From a virus (Duplodnaviria; Caudoviricetes), in IMG/VR virus record IMGVR_UViG_3300042479_000799, positions 1-64,000 of that record: a DNA stretch of 64,000 bases; one strand, 5' to 3'. Positions 38,932 through 48,516 of this stretch are shown here, one piece after another. The first letter of the stretch is position 1. Every line of letters starts with the position of its first letter. A program made the position numbers and the translations under genes. The notes beneath the pieces were generated by a model. That model was not told the origin of the DNA, did no database searches, and saw nothing but the letters and a program-made list of their open reading frames with translations.

Positions 38932-39668
38932 AAAATTGTAAATGTTTTGCTTTGTTGATAAAAATTGCCTTTATATCCCTTCCATCCATAATGCGTCAAG
39001 TTACAAGTGGTATCTACATATATTTTACCACCAATACTTTTATAAAGATTACAAAAACCATAATCTTCACTTTCATATTTCTTTGTAACTTCATTCACCT
39101 TACACGGAAAGAAATCATAGAACTTATCCCCATATCCCATATACCCGTCAATGTCATTCTTATATGCTATATTAGGCACTTCGTTTGCAATTTGACTGAA
39201 GACACGTTTCTTGAATAACATGAAGCCAGTAGCAGCATAATTGACTTCTTCTATCTGTTTGGTGTTTTTGTCTAATTTAATTTCAGTTGCAAAATCGGTA
39301 CATAATTCTTCATAATTATTTAACAAATTTCTATCAGCTAAATTTTTTACTTTGGATGAATTAATATACTTCTTGGGATATAAACCTGAAACAACATCTT
39401 TATCCGCCTTTAATAGTGAAAAGAAACTCTCGGGTTCAAAACTTATATCACTATCAATAAACATCATATAATCACAATCTGTACGGTTCAAAAAATTAGA
39501 AGCAGCAGCATTTCTAGCTCTAGCAATCAAACTTTCAAAGTATATACAATCCAAACTAAATGATATACATCTGCGTTGACCTTCAAATACTAATTGCATC
39601 ACACTAAACATAAAGTGTGATAGTACTGTATGATTATAACATATAACAGGTAAATAAACTTTGGTCAT
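38928..39668 (-). CDS. GT-A-fold glycosyltransferase-like protein
   Basis: ESLIARARN, MFIDSDI, GLYPKK, ATGFML.KK.VF, SEDY.FC. Confidence 0.75.
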   Translation of the reverse strand: MTKVYLPVICYNHTVLSHFMFSVMQLVFEGQRRCISFSLDCIYFESLIARARNAAASNFLNRTDCDYMMFIDSDISFEPESFFSLLKADKDVVSGLYPKKYINSSKVKNLADRNLLNNYEELCTDFATEIKLDKNTKQIEEVNYAATGFMLFKKRVFSQIANEVPNIAYKNDIDGYMGYGDKFYDFFPCKVNEVTKKYESEDYGFCNLYKSIGGKIYVDTTCNLTHYGWKGYKGNFYQQSKTFTIL

Positions 39669-39672
39669 AACT

Positions 39673-40134
39673 TTATTCTGTATCAGATTCTTTCTTTTCT
39701 ATAACTATATTAGTATTACCCTCGTAATTTACACTACCAATAACATTGATAATAAATGTGTTGGTAATAGTTCCTTCCAAATTACTTGTAACAATATAAC
39801 TCTCTTGTACACTTCCGTCAAGAAAAAACACAATCTTTGTGGCACTTGTTTCCAATATTTTTAAATCATTTGTTACAGCTTCCAATAAATAAAAGTCTTC
39901 AAATGAACTGTACATATTATAGTCTGGGTCAAATGTTAACTCAAACTGTTTTTGTTGAAATGCTGATTGATGCTTTAAATTAATTAAATAAGTCTTTAGA
40001 TTTTCTCTAGCTTCAAAGTATCTACTATTACCCACCATACTATCATAGTTAATAACAACTGCGCCAATAATACCAAGCAATATGGTTATGGCTAATACTA
40101 ATTCTATTAATGTAAATGCTTTATTGTTTTTCAC
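39673..40134 (-). CDS. prepilin-type N-terminal cleavage/methylation protein (pilin or pseudopilin)
   Basis: MKNNKA/FTLIELVLAITILLGIIG class III signal with Glu at +5. Confidence 0.85.
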   Translation of the reverse strand: MKNNKAFTLIELVLAITILLGIIGAVVINYDSMVGNSRYFEARENLKTYLINLKHQSAFQQKQFELTFDPDYNMYSSFEDFYLLEAVTNDLKILETSATKIVFFLDGSVQESYIVTSNLEGTITNTFIINVIGSVNYEGNTNIVIEKKESDTE

Positions 40135-40387
40135 GAATTAGTTTTAGTTTTTGTTGACGGGTCAATTGCTTGATTTGATACTCCCTCTTCATTGCTTCAC
40201 TCTTACTATCAAAACATTCTGTATATACTAATTTAACAGGCAATCGTGTCTTAGTATATTTTGCGCCTAAAGATTTATTGTGGGCATCTACTCGTTTTTC
40301 AACATTATTAGAATACCCACAATAAAGTTCTCCACCCCTACATTCTACTATATAACAACAATGATTCTTATCAACCACGAATATCAA
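40121..40387 (-). CDS. GIY-YIG nuclease (UPF0213/YhbQ-like)
   Basis: CYIVEC..G.LY.GYSNN...R...HN...GAKYT..RLPV.LVY.E...S.A..RE..IK. Confidence 0.9.
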   Translation of the reverse strand: MIFVVDKNHCCYIVECRGGELYCGYSNNVEKRVDAHNKSLGAKYTKTRLPVKLVYTECFDSKSEAMKREYQIKQLTRQQKLKLIREKQ

Positions 40388-40736
40388 GTTTTGCTTTAGG
40401 CCAAGCTGTTCCTAATCCAATATTACCATTAGAACAAATGGTTAAGTTACTTGGATTTGATGTAACTGGTTCTGGTTTTTTGAGTGGCGAATGAATATTG
40501 ATTGAAATATTCTCACTATTATTAACTCTGACTGTAAAGTTATCACTATCTTTAAATGACATTACACAACTAGCACCACTACTATGTGTAAATACCAATT
40601 TGTCACAATATACAACTGTTTCTACAACTGGTGGTGGTACAATAGGTTCTGATGCTTTAACAGTTGAACCAGCAACAACACCTGCAATTCCTCCAAATAG
40701 GGTGGAGAAAAACCCTTTACGATTTAGTTTTTCCAT
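40371..40736 (-). CDS. putative Tat-like exported protein with fibre-type C-terminal repeat
   Basis: LNRKGFF...GGIAG..A leader; C-terminal GNIGLGT..P.AKLDIRG. Confidence 0.5.
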   Translation of the reverse strand: MEKLNRKGFFSTLFGGIAGVVAGSTVKASEPIVPPPVVETVVYCDKLVFTHSSGASCVMSFKDSDNFTVRVNNSENISINIHSPLKKPEPVTSNPSNLTICSNGNIGLGTAWPKAKLDIRG

Positions 40737-40773
40737 AACAATACTATATCATAGTATAGATACTAAATCAATA

Positions 40774-41363
40774 TTATAATTTGTTTATAGTTTGTGTTGT
40801 ATTGTTAATATTTACAGATTTATTTAAATCAGTCAACTTTGTTGATGATATCCAAAGCATATCCATATCATCATTGATATCTGGAAAATAAACAGATTGA
40901 GTTTTTCCCATAATCAGATTTTTTGATTTAATTTGAAATTTATACATTCTAAATTCATTGTCTTCCAAAAACTGCAATTCTTCTTGGTTATTATACCATT
41001 TTGATGCTTGCATCAATGAATCAAATCCATATAAATGAAACTTTCCATTTTTTGTCATTGTTCCCATTCTAAGAATCATTTTTTCCCGTAAATCAATATC
41101 TTCAAATGGACCAGGACGCCAAGCATTTGGCAATGTTGTCACCCATTTTAAGTTGAAATTGTTAATATTAAATTTTTTATATTCAACAATTTCTTTACTT
41201 GTAAATTCTACAAATTTTTCATATGCACAGCCACTGAATGGGACTTTTTGAATGTTTAATAAAAATCGACTTTCATTAAAAAATGCATATGGTCCCATAG
41301 GATATCTACCATTCCACGAATATTTTTTATGAGCAACTCTATAAAAATAAGTTTTATTGTTCA
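40774..41363 (-). CDS. hypothetical protein
   Basis: Probable start MNNKTYF at ~41363, just after the TrmH stop. Confidence 0.5.
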
Positions 41364-41368
41364 TAAAT

Positions 41369-41902
41369 TCAAAGATTATTTCTGTAGAATGACATGATAA
41401 TTCCACTGGTAGTCCCAACATTGAGTGAACGAACACTTCCAAAAGCTGGGATTGTTATGACAGTTTCAGCATTATCAAGAATATAATCACTTAACCCACT
41501 CTTTTCTTCACCAAACACAAACATTGGTTTATCTACACCACAAAATACCCACGGATTAAAAATAGAAACAGTTTTATCACTATACTTGGGAATATTGTTT
41601 TCTACAGCGAGTAGTGTATAACCATTATCTTTGAGAGAACTAACAAATTCCACTTCAGTCTTGATATGCTTTAAATCAGTATAATGATGCGTACCAACAG
41701 TACCACGACGATCCCATTGCTTGCTACCACCTACATAAAATGCTTCCTTAAAACCAAAGAAATTGGCGTTTCTAACAAGAGTAGACAAATTAAAATCTCC
41801 ATTTACATGCATCATTGCGACACCAGCTTCAATGGAAGTAGACTTACAATAAGATTTAATATCGTCTACAGTTGAACTCTTCAAGTGATCCAAAACATTC
41901 AT
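41369..41902 (-). CDS. trmH: TrmH/SpoU-family RNA 2'-O-methyltransferase
   Basis: DFNLSTLVRNA.FFG, VFGEE..GLS, IP.FG.VRSLNV SPOUT motifs; promoter TTGACT-16-TATAGT at 41912-41939. Confidence 0.88.
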   Translation of the reverse strand: MNVLDHLKSSTVDDIKSYCKSTSIEAGVAMMHVNGDFNLSTLVRNANFFGFKEAFYVGGSKQWDRRGTVGTHHYTDLKHIKTEVEFVSSLKDNGYTLLAVENNIPKYSDKTVSIFNPWVFCGVDKPMFVFGEEKSGLSDYILDNAETVITIPAFGSVRSLNVGTTSGIIMSFYRNNL

Positions 41903-41935
41903 CGTGAAATTACTATAACACGATTTAAGAAAAAG

Positions 41936-42184
41936 TCAATTCTTTTTCTTAAAAGAATCTGACGACATTTTTGTAACTGTTTCGTATTGACCGGATGGAG
42001 ATACAACGGCAGATTTGGAATTTGCAAAGTCCTTTTCAGCTTCTTCAATTACAGATTTAATAAAATCAGTCAACAACCCACTCCAATTACTTCTTTCACT
42101 ATCTTCTACAATAGCTAACTTTTTCCATCGTGGCATTTCATTGAATTTGCGTTGATATACTGTCTTATAGAATGATGCAGTCAT
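41936..42184 (-). CDS. hypothetical protein
   Basis: 82 aa. Confidence 0.5.
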   Translation of the reverse strand: MTASFYKTVYQRKFNEMPRWKKLAIVEDSERSNWSGLLTDFIKSVIEEAEKDFANSKSAVVSPSGQYETVTKMSSDSFKKKN

Positions 42185-42196
42185 ATAATATAAATA

Positions 42197-42448
42197 TTAG
42201 AATGAAGTGCTCAAACGACTAGCATAACCCATATTACTACCTTTATTCATTCTTTTTGATACTTTTTTGTAATTTTCTACGGCCTTCTTTGAAGTGACGA
42301 CGATACTACCAGCGGTTTTATGACCAAAGTGCATATAACCATATTTTTTATTCTTTAACGCAGCCTTGTCACCGCAATTCAAACAGACTTTATAACCCAA
42401 CTCAAACCTTTCGGCATGAATTTCATTTCCGCATCCACAAGTAATCAT
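42197..42448 (-). CDS. zinc-finger hypothetical protein
   Basis: C.CG..I...R..LGY.VC..C; own TTGACA promoter upstream. Confidence 0.6.
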   Translation of the reverse strand: MITCGCGNEIHAERFELGYKVCLNCGDKAALKNKKYGYMHFGHKTAGSIVVTSKKAVENYKKVSKRMNKGSNMGYASRLSTSF

Positions 42449-42490
42449 TGGATGACAAGACTACGCTAAAATTTTCTAAATGTCAACTCT

Positions 42491-42703
42491 TTAGAAAGAA
42501 ATTTCTACGTTGACGCAAGCACCTTCTCTATCGAAGACATAGACTTTATCCAATATAGCTGATTTAAGTACGTCTTTAATAAAATGTTCACGGTTAATTG
42601 GATATGAAGATACAACATTATATTCTTCAAATACACGATTAACTTTATCGGATTCAATATTAAAACTTAGAAAGTTTGTCATATTAGTTTGTTGGTTCAT
42701 CAT
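42491..42703 (-). CDS. hypothetical protein
   Basis: 70 aa. Confidence 0.45.
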   Translation of the reverse strand: MMNQQTNMTNFLSFNIESDKVNRVFEEYNVVSSYPINREHFIKDVLKSAILDKVYVFDREGACVNVEISF

Positions 42704-43166
42704 ACTGTTTTTCTAACCTTTGAATATGTTCTTCAAGTTGTTTAATATACATTTTCATATTGACGAATTGGTTTTTAACTTCAGACAATTCATCTTTATT
42801 TTTCAACGGATTACTTTTTTTCAATTCTTCTGTGGTAAGACATGATAGATGATCAACACCTGCGAGATACTCACAATCTACATTGTAGGTATTTTTCCCA
42901 CAAATACAACATACCCACTTTTCTTTGTATTCTTCTTCAAAGATTTGTTTGATTCTATCAAGAGTTTCAATTACTTCTGCAGTTGAATCTGCATTAATAA
43001 TATCATATGCCCAATTTAAAGCATTATCTTCACGATCTTTCAATTCGGGATAAAGTTTAATTAGTTCTTTCTCAATTAGTTCAATATATGGATCTACTTG
43101 TTCTGTTTGAATTCTACGCAATGCTTTTGCGTATGTAACTATGATGCTTTCGCTTATTTTGTTCAT
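42684..43166 (-). CDS. hypothetical protein with zinc-ribbon and coiled-coil
   Basis: W.CCICGK...DHL.C. Confidence 0.55.
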   Translation of the reverse strand: MNKISESIIVTYAKALRRIQTEQVDPYIELIEKELIKLYPELKDREDNALNWAYDIINADSTAEVIETLDRIKQIFEEEYKEKWVCCICGKNTYNVDCEYLAGVDHLSCLTTEELKKSNPLKNKDELSEVKNQFVNMKMYIKQLEEHIQRLEKQYDEPTN

Positions 43167-43173
43167 ATTATTT

Positions 43174-43332
43174 TTATGTTAATAGTTTTAGTACTTCTCT
43201 TACTGTGAAATAAAATATAGACGGAATTAATACCGAAAAGAATATTGCAATTACCAATATAATTCCTATTGCAAATATACTACCAAATATTAATCCAATC
43301 GTCAAGTCTATAAGTTTATATAATTTATTCAT
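43174..43332 (-). CDS. small membrane protein (52 aa)
   Basis: Read by hand: MNKLYKLIDLTIGLIFGSIFAIGIILVIAIFFSVLIPSIFYF... Confidence 0.5.
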   Translation of the reverse strand: MNKLYKLIDLTIGLIFGSIFAIGIILVIAIFFSVLIPSIFYFTVREVLKLLT

Positions 43333-43597
43333 TTTTCAAAAATCTATTGTAAATCAATTTGCCTAAATTAGCAGCAAATTTACGTGCTTTCTTTTCTGGT
43401 AAATCATACAAATGTGCATGAAATACTTCTTCAATTAATACATTAAGTTGTCTACGTGTTAACAATGTTGGGTCTACAAGTATTGCAGGATTTTTGATAT
43501 CTGGATTGTCACACAAACCAGAAGCATTATATTTACCAGACGGTTTGTTATAATTGACTGTATATTCAATGCCTTCAAAATTTTTGAACTTCATCAT
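43325..43597 (-). CDS. hypothetical protein, degenerate zincin-like
   Basis: GLCD.P...I.VDP.L...L..LIEEVFHA (HExxH-like). Confidence 0.45.
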   Translation of the reverse strand: MMKFKNFEGIEYTVNYNKPSGKYNASGLCDNPDIKNPAILVDPTLLTRRQLNVLIEEVFHAHLYDLPEKKARKFAANLGKLIYNRFLKNE

Positions 43598-43779
43598 TCA
43601 CCTTTCTTAAAACTATCTTTCATATCCAACAGTAAATTTTTAATATCACCAAGACTACGAGAACGGTCTTTATACAAAATTTCCGTCTTAACACGTTCTT
43701 CATCAATGAGTTTGATTAAATCATTGATTTTTTTCATGGTAATCGTAGGTTTTGTTCTTTCAAATTCACTTGGATTCAT
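43594..43779 (-). CDS. hypothetical protein
   Basis: 61 aa with overlaps. Confidence 0.45.
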   Translation of the reverse strand: MNPSEFERTKPTITMKKINDLIKLIDEERVKTEILYKDRSRSLGDIKNLLLDMKDSFKKGE

Positions 43780-44047
43780 TTAGAAAATCCTTTAATTGTT
43801 TTTGGTTTTCAGTATTTAAGATGATAAAATCAGACCAAGGTTTGCCATATCTTAGAATTTGCCAACACCATCTTAGTCTTTCTGACCAACACAGTGTTCT
43901 GCCATTGAGTCCTCGTTCAAATAAACTCAAAGATACTTCTTCTTCATCTTTGAATTTTTCTACAAGAAGTCCGTGTTCAAAACAATCACAAATTAGAAAT
44001 ATTGAATCTTGATCTTTCATATACTTAGTATACGTTCCAATTTCCAA
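43766..44047 (-). CDS. hypothetical protein
   Basis: C.C..H and RL.WCW.IL..G.PW.D patterns. Confidence 0.5.
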   Translation of the reverse strand: MEIGTYTKYMKDQDSIFLICDCFEHGLLVEKFKDEEEVSLSLFERGLNGRTLCWSERLRWCWQILRYGKPWSDFIILNTENQKQLKDFLNESK

Positions 44048-44601
44048 ACTTTAGCAATCAAAAAGGAACCAAATTTATATATCAATCTACAGATAAATCT
44101 AATAATTTTATTGTATGGTTTGATGATTAATCTATAAAACATAGTGGATTCAACCACTTTTTGTTTTTTGAGTTCTTCCATATGTTGTTTATGGAGTTCT
44201 TTTCTTTTGGTGTTATCGTTTATTTCAAACTTAATTAATTTAATCTTGTCAATAACTCCGTCAATAAATACAACTTCAAATTCAACCCAATAGTCATATA
44301 CACCACCATCATTATTTTGATAATCATACATGCGGATGGTTTTGGTTGTTTTTACATGAGTCCACCAATGTTTGATTTCCTTTACAACGCCAAACTTTTC
44401 AGAAAACGTTTTACCATTTGGATCACCCTCAATGTGTTCTCGTTCGCATTCACGCAACCATAGTGTGCCATCTTCACGGATTTCATAAGAATCCAATCCG
44501 CAATCTAAATCTTTGGTTTGAAATCCATTAGGAATATATCCCTTAGTATCTTCCGGAAACGGAAGTGGATACTTACATACTATGTCATCGAACATTCCCA
44601 T
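44017..44601 (-). CDS. hypothetical protein
   Basis: MGMFD.I.C...FQTKDL.C.L..Y.I..DG.L, a familiar phage pattern. Confidence 0.6.
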   Translation of the reverse strand: MGMFDDIVCKYPLPFPEDTKGYIPNGFQTKDLDCGLDSYEIREDGTLWLRECEREHIEGDPNGKTFSEKFGVVKEIKHWWTHVKTTKTIRMYDYQNNDGGVYDYWVEFEVVFIDGVIDKIKLIKFEINDNTKRKELHKQHMEELKKQKVVESTMFYRLIIKPYNKIIRFICRLIYKFGSFLIAKVWKLERILSI

Positions 44602-44604
44602 AAA

Positions 44605-44838
44605 TTAGTTTCCTTGATTTTTGTGTTCTTGAATATCGTAAAGAAAATTACGAAATAAAACGTAATCTTCAACGTCTACTTGTTTTTCACCATCAAGTTT
44701 CCAATTTTTAATATAATCTAAGATGGTATTAACATAATAACCTGGAATGGTTATTGTTTTACCATCAAACGACAGATCATCGTGTTGAATAATAATTGGG
44801 TTAATTACTTTGTCTTTAATAGTTAGTTCTTTTTCCAT
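44605..44838 (-). CDS. hypothetical protein
   Basis: 77 aa; TTGACA-17-TATAGT promoter upstream. Confidence 0.55.
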   Translation of the reverse strand: MEKELTIKDKVINPIIIQHDDLSFDGKTITIPGYYVNTILDYIKNWKLDGEKQVDVEDYVLFRNFLYDIQEHKNQGN

Positions 44839-44918
44839 ATAATTTTATTTTTAATACTATACTAATATTTAGTTTGGTTGTCAACGGTTTTCTTTTTATA
44901 TTTATTCATCGGTTAATT

Positions 44919-45305
44919 ATGATCCGAATCTATTCTAAAGATGCTTTAAAAGTCAATTTAGAGGATGAAAAAGCTTGTAGCAAACTTGTTACAAGTGGTT
45001 CAATCTATACACTTTATGTTGAATGTTGTGATATACGACATAAGGTAAAAAATAGAGTGTTTATCGTTAAAGATAACGGTAAATGTGTTGGTTGGGCAAT
45101 AATTAAAGAACGTAAATCAGCAAGAAAGACAAATTTTAAGTTTGAATTTATGGTGTATATACGATGCAAATACAGAAGACAAGGAATTGGTACAAAGTTA
45201 TATAAAAGAGCCAAGAAATTCTTTAAGCTTAAAGATAAAGAAATTAAAATTTACATGACCACCAATTATAACTCTAAATTCTTTGACAAAGTTAGGCCGG
45301 TTTAA
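44919..45305 (+). CDS. GNAT-family acetyltransferase
   Basis: CVGWAI, VYIRCKYRRQGIGTKL (motif A). Start moved to the ATG at 44919. Confidence 0.75.
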   Translation: MIRIYSKDALKVNLEDEKACSKLVTSGSIYTLYVECCDIRHKVKNRVFIVKDNGKCVGWAIIKERKSARKTNFKFEFMVYIRCKYRRQGIGTKLYKRAKKFFKLKDKEIKIYMTTNYNSKFFDKVRPV

Positions 45306-45573
45306 CAAAGAATATCTTGTGCATACCTGTCATATAAAAGGTATTCAAATCCATATTCAATGATTTACATTCAAGTTCCCCTGGCCAAAAACCAGTCCAT
45401 CTAGCAAATTGCTTATCATGGTTAGTACACTCACACCCTAACTTTTGACCACCACATTCACTACATCTTTCAATATCACACTTTTTCTTGTGTATTTTAC
45501 CCGCAACAACTTTACAACTAAAACAATTGTCTAATTCTACTGTTTGACATATTGGAGTTTGTTTCTTTTTCAT
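45292..45573 (-). CDS. Cys-rich hypothetical protein
   Basis: C..C...G..H...CD.ERC..CGGQ...C.C, WTG.WPG..EC. Confidence 0.6.
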   Translation of the reverse strand: MKKKQTPICQTVELDNCFSCKVVAGKIHKKKCDIERCSECGGQKLGCECTNHDKQFARWTGFWPGELECKSLNMDLNTFYMTGMHKIFFVKPA

Positions 45574-45576
45574 ATA

Positions 45577-46861
45577 TTAAGAACAATGTCCTTTTTTATT
45601 TTCTGCGGTAAAATTATTAAGATTATAATTGCTTGAACGTATATCACGTAGTCCATACATCTCTCTATACATACTATATACAATGACATCCAATTCTTTT
45701 ACTGTCATAGGAATACTTTTTGTTTTGTCTACTTCTTGCATTTTTAAACAATATTTTTTGATAATAGAATCAATTTGTTCTTTCATCAATTTTTAGTAGT
45801 TTTAATAATATCACCGTCGGTAGTGTAATATGCTCTATAATAATTAGTGTAAATGATATACACATTATTAGTTGACTGTTCAATCATACTATAAGTAATA
45901 TACCTATTATTAATGCTATGCACTGTACTACACTTGGGCAGTGTTTCCAATGCTCTATCATAACTATATCTTAGATACATTCCACTTGTACATCCAGTAA
46001 ACAACAATGTTGCAATCAATAAACTTTTCATTCTGTTAATTCTTTTTCTTCTACTGAATAATTATGACTGTCTTTGTACATATCACAATATTTCTGTGCG
46101 TTTTCTTTTTTTAAATATACCTTCTCAATTGCCAAATCATTGCCTCTATATGACATAATTAGATACACCTTGATCTTAGGTGGTTCTACTGTCATAGCAG
46201 TCAACAGAATTGCTGCAAGACTACCCAACATAATTTTATTAAAACGGCTCATATTGATCTAATTTTGATTGGCATTTTTCCAATTTGCTTTTATATTTTT
46301 GAATTGTAATATAGTCTTCATCACCATATTCATTCATCAATAACATTTGTACACCAAATCGTTCCACTTCATCACATAGATAACGAATATCTTCACACAA
46401 CTTGGGATCGAGTGTAGTGTTACAATTGTTTTGTGTAAATTCTCGTAGTCTATTAACTACTTCTTTGTTAGTCTTCATTTGTTGAATAAATTATTTTTTC
46501 TACTACAATACCTTTCTTAGATGACTTGGGACCATATAATGCTCCATATTGATTTCTGCTATTGATGTAAGTGATTAAATCTTTCTTGATAACTTCCGCA
46601 TCAAGATCATCAAAATTTGCGGGTAGATTAACTTTTAAATAATATTTTGGTTTGCTCATAATTTTACCAGTGATGTATAATGTTTGCGATAACAAAAGCG
46701 CATGTAATAAAGTTTACCATAACAATGGTGAACCTCAAGATAAAACTAGCAAGAGCATAATTTACAGGCAATACAGGCACATCAGGCTTGCATTCATCTG
46801 TAACACCTACACGGTGGTCAATTGTTCTGGCTAATGTCAAGAAAAATTTATTAGTCGTCAT
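45577..46861 (-). other. run of six small hypothetical ORFs (45577-45789, 45786-46031 lipoprotein-like, 46028-46252, 46239-46478, 46468-46695, 46664-46861 membrane)
   Basis: Head-to-tail overlapping minus-strand ORFs; LFTGC lipobox-like motif in 45786-46031; hydrophobic C-terminus in 46664-46861. Confidence 0.5.
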
Positions 46862-46942
46862 TTTCGTTAGTAAGAATAAAAAATCCGTTTATAATCAAAA
46901 TTAATCCGACAATACACAATCCATAATATACTGTATCCACAT

Positions 46943-47131
46943 TCATATAATAAGAAATCGTACAATTTGCAGATCACCATACTCATTCTTTGTTTCAAGA
47001 ATTACATCAGGATGTGGACGGTCACAGCTAAGATATACCTTAGCATTAGGAATATTCAATTCCTTAATCATTTTCTTTTCCACTGCGTTTTTAACCCAAT
47101 CAATAATATCTTTTGTTTGTACATTAGCCAT
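46943..47131 (-). CDS. hypothetical protein
   Basis: 62 aa. Confidence 0.45.
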   Translation of the reverse strand: MANVQTKDIIDWVKNAVEKKMIKELNIPNAKVYLSCDRPHPDVILETKNEYGDLQIVRFLII

Positions 47132-47135
47132 AATT

Positions 47136-47327
47136 TTAATTTCCCATCCAATTACTTACATTCTCAGGTCCATTTTGCGTATGAATACCCAAATACTTTA
47201 CCTTGGTTAAGTTCATCGGCACCTTGATACGTTTCCAATCCCATAATGATGGCAAATCACTGTCATCATCAGATTCCCATTCAATGTCTAGTATAATTCT
47301 AGCACTTTTTGTTTTATTATCATTCAT
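47136..47327 (-). CDS. hypothetical protein
   Basis: Start moved to the ATG at 47327, overlapping the ligase stop. Confidence 0.45.
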   Translation of the reverse strand: MNDNKTKSARIILDIEWESDDDSDLPSLWDWKRIKVPMNLTKVKYLGIHTQNGPENVSNWMGN

Positions 47328-48420
47328 AACTTTCACGGTCAATATTTGTGACGTAAGGAAACCTTGGAATTTCATCATCTGGTGTAAGATTAAAATACTT
47401 CACCGTAGCACTCTTTCCAATGTACTTGTCCTTATTCTTCAATAGTTCTTTTAGGTATTCCCTATTTCCTTTAATATTACTATGAAACTCAATATCCTTA
47501 TGATTCTTGAATACCATATGTCCAGCCATACCACTCTTGTTGCCTAGACCTTCAACAATGTCAAGAATCTTGAATTCACTGTCTTTAAACTCTTTACGCT
47601 TAAGAAGGTGTTTACTGCGTTTATTTTCATAAGGTCCATCAGTACGAACCATTTGACCTTCATAATCTTCATTAATGTACTTTTCATACAACTCATTTAA
47701 ATGTGTAATCGTGTCCACAAAGTGAGTCGGAACACGACGAACCACATTGTTATTAGTAAGATAAGTAGTAATGTCACTATTGCGGTCACTAAAAGTCTTC
47801 TGTACAATCCAGTCATATACCCAATATTGAATATTCTTTGCACTCTCAACCAAATCTTCTGGTGTAGGCTTAGTCTTCTTTACCAGACTACAAATAGCAT
47901 TAAAATCATTGGCAAACTTATCAGCATACAATTCACCGTCAAGAATTGCATCAGGAAACTTATCAAAGAAAGGTTTCAATGCAACTAGTACATGCGGTGC
48001 TGAAACAATATGTTTACCATTACGGCTCCACATTCCATCCTTCTTTACAACACAACGAATGCCATCCAACTTTGGTTGACTATAAACAGGATACTTCAAA
48101 TCATCCTTATAGTCATCATAGTTCTTTGCCAACATTGGTTCCGTAAAACCAATACCATCAATATCATTGATGTTTTCAAAGTAACCACTTTCCTTCTTTT
48201 TCTTCCAAGTAGCCTTTGCTTCTTTTGTGGCTTGATCTTCTGCGGAAGTAGCATTCTTCTTTCCGCTATTTTTAGCGTCACAAATAGTCCATTCAGTGAT
48301 TTGAATTTTATCACTGTCAAGTTGACCGTAGTGAGTACGGTACTTGTTTCCTTCAGCTTCAATAATCCAAGTTTGGATAGCACCCGTATTTGTACGGGCA
48401 AACAACATAGGTAGTTTCAT
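47320..48420 (-). CDS. ATP-dependent DNA ligase with N-terminal WGR-like domain
   Basis: PMLA, QPKLDGIRC, LDGELY, YWVYD, EGQMVR, LLKRK, PRFP; promoter TTGACT-17-TAATCT at 48432-48460. Confidence 0.93.
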   Translation of the reverse strand: MKLPMLFARTNTGAIQTWIIEAEGNKYRTHYGQLDSDKIQITEWTICDAKNSGKKNATSAEDQATKEAKATWKKKKESGYFENINDIDGIGFTEPMLAKNYDDYKDDLKYPVYSQPKLDGIRCVVKKDGMWSRNGKHIVSAPHVLVALKPFFDKFPDAILDGELYADKFANDFNAICSLVKKTKPTPEDLVESAKNIQYWVYDWIVQKTFSDRNSDITTYLTNNNVVRRVPTHFVDTITHLNELYEKYINEDYEGQMVRTDGPYENKRSKHLLKRKEFKDSEFKILDIVEGLGNKSGMAGHMVFKNHKDIEFHSNIKGNREYLKELLKNKDKYIGKSATVKYFNLTPDDEIPRFPYVTNIDRESYE

Positions 48421-48516
48421 ATCTTATAAAGAGATTATCATCGGATAGGTTCAAAGTCAAGCATTTTTTACTTTCATATAAAATAAGAGATGTACTGTTA
48501 CATACACCCCTTTTAG

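Noticed and set aside
3583-48420. Introns or inteins in polB, helicase, thyA or DNA ligase
   Set aside because: All have normal lengths and contiguous motifs, with no intein C/S...HN signature.
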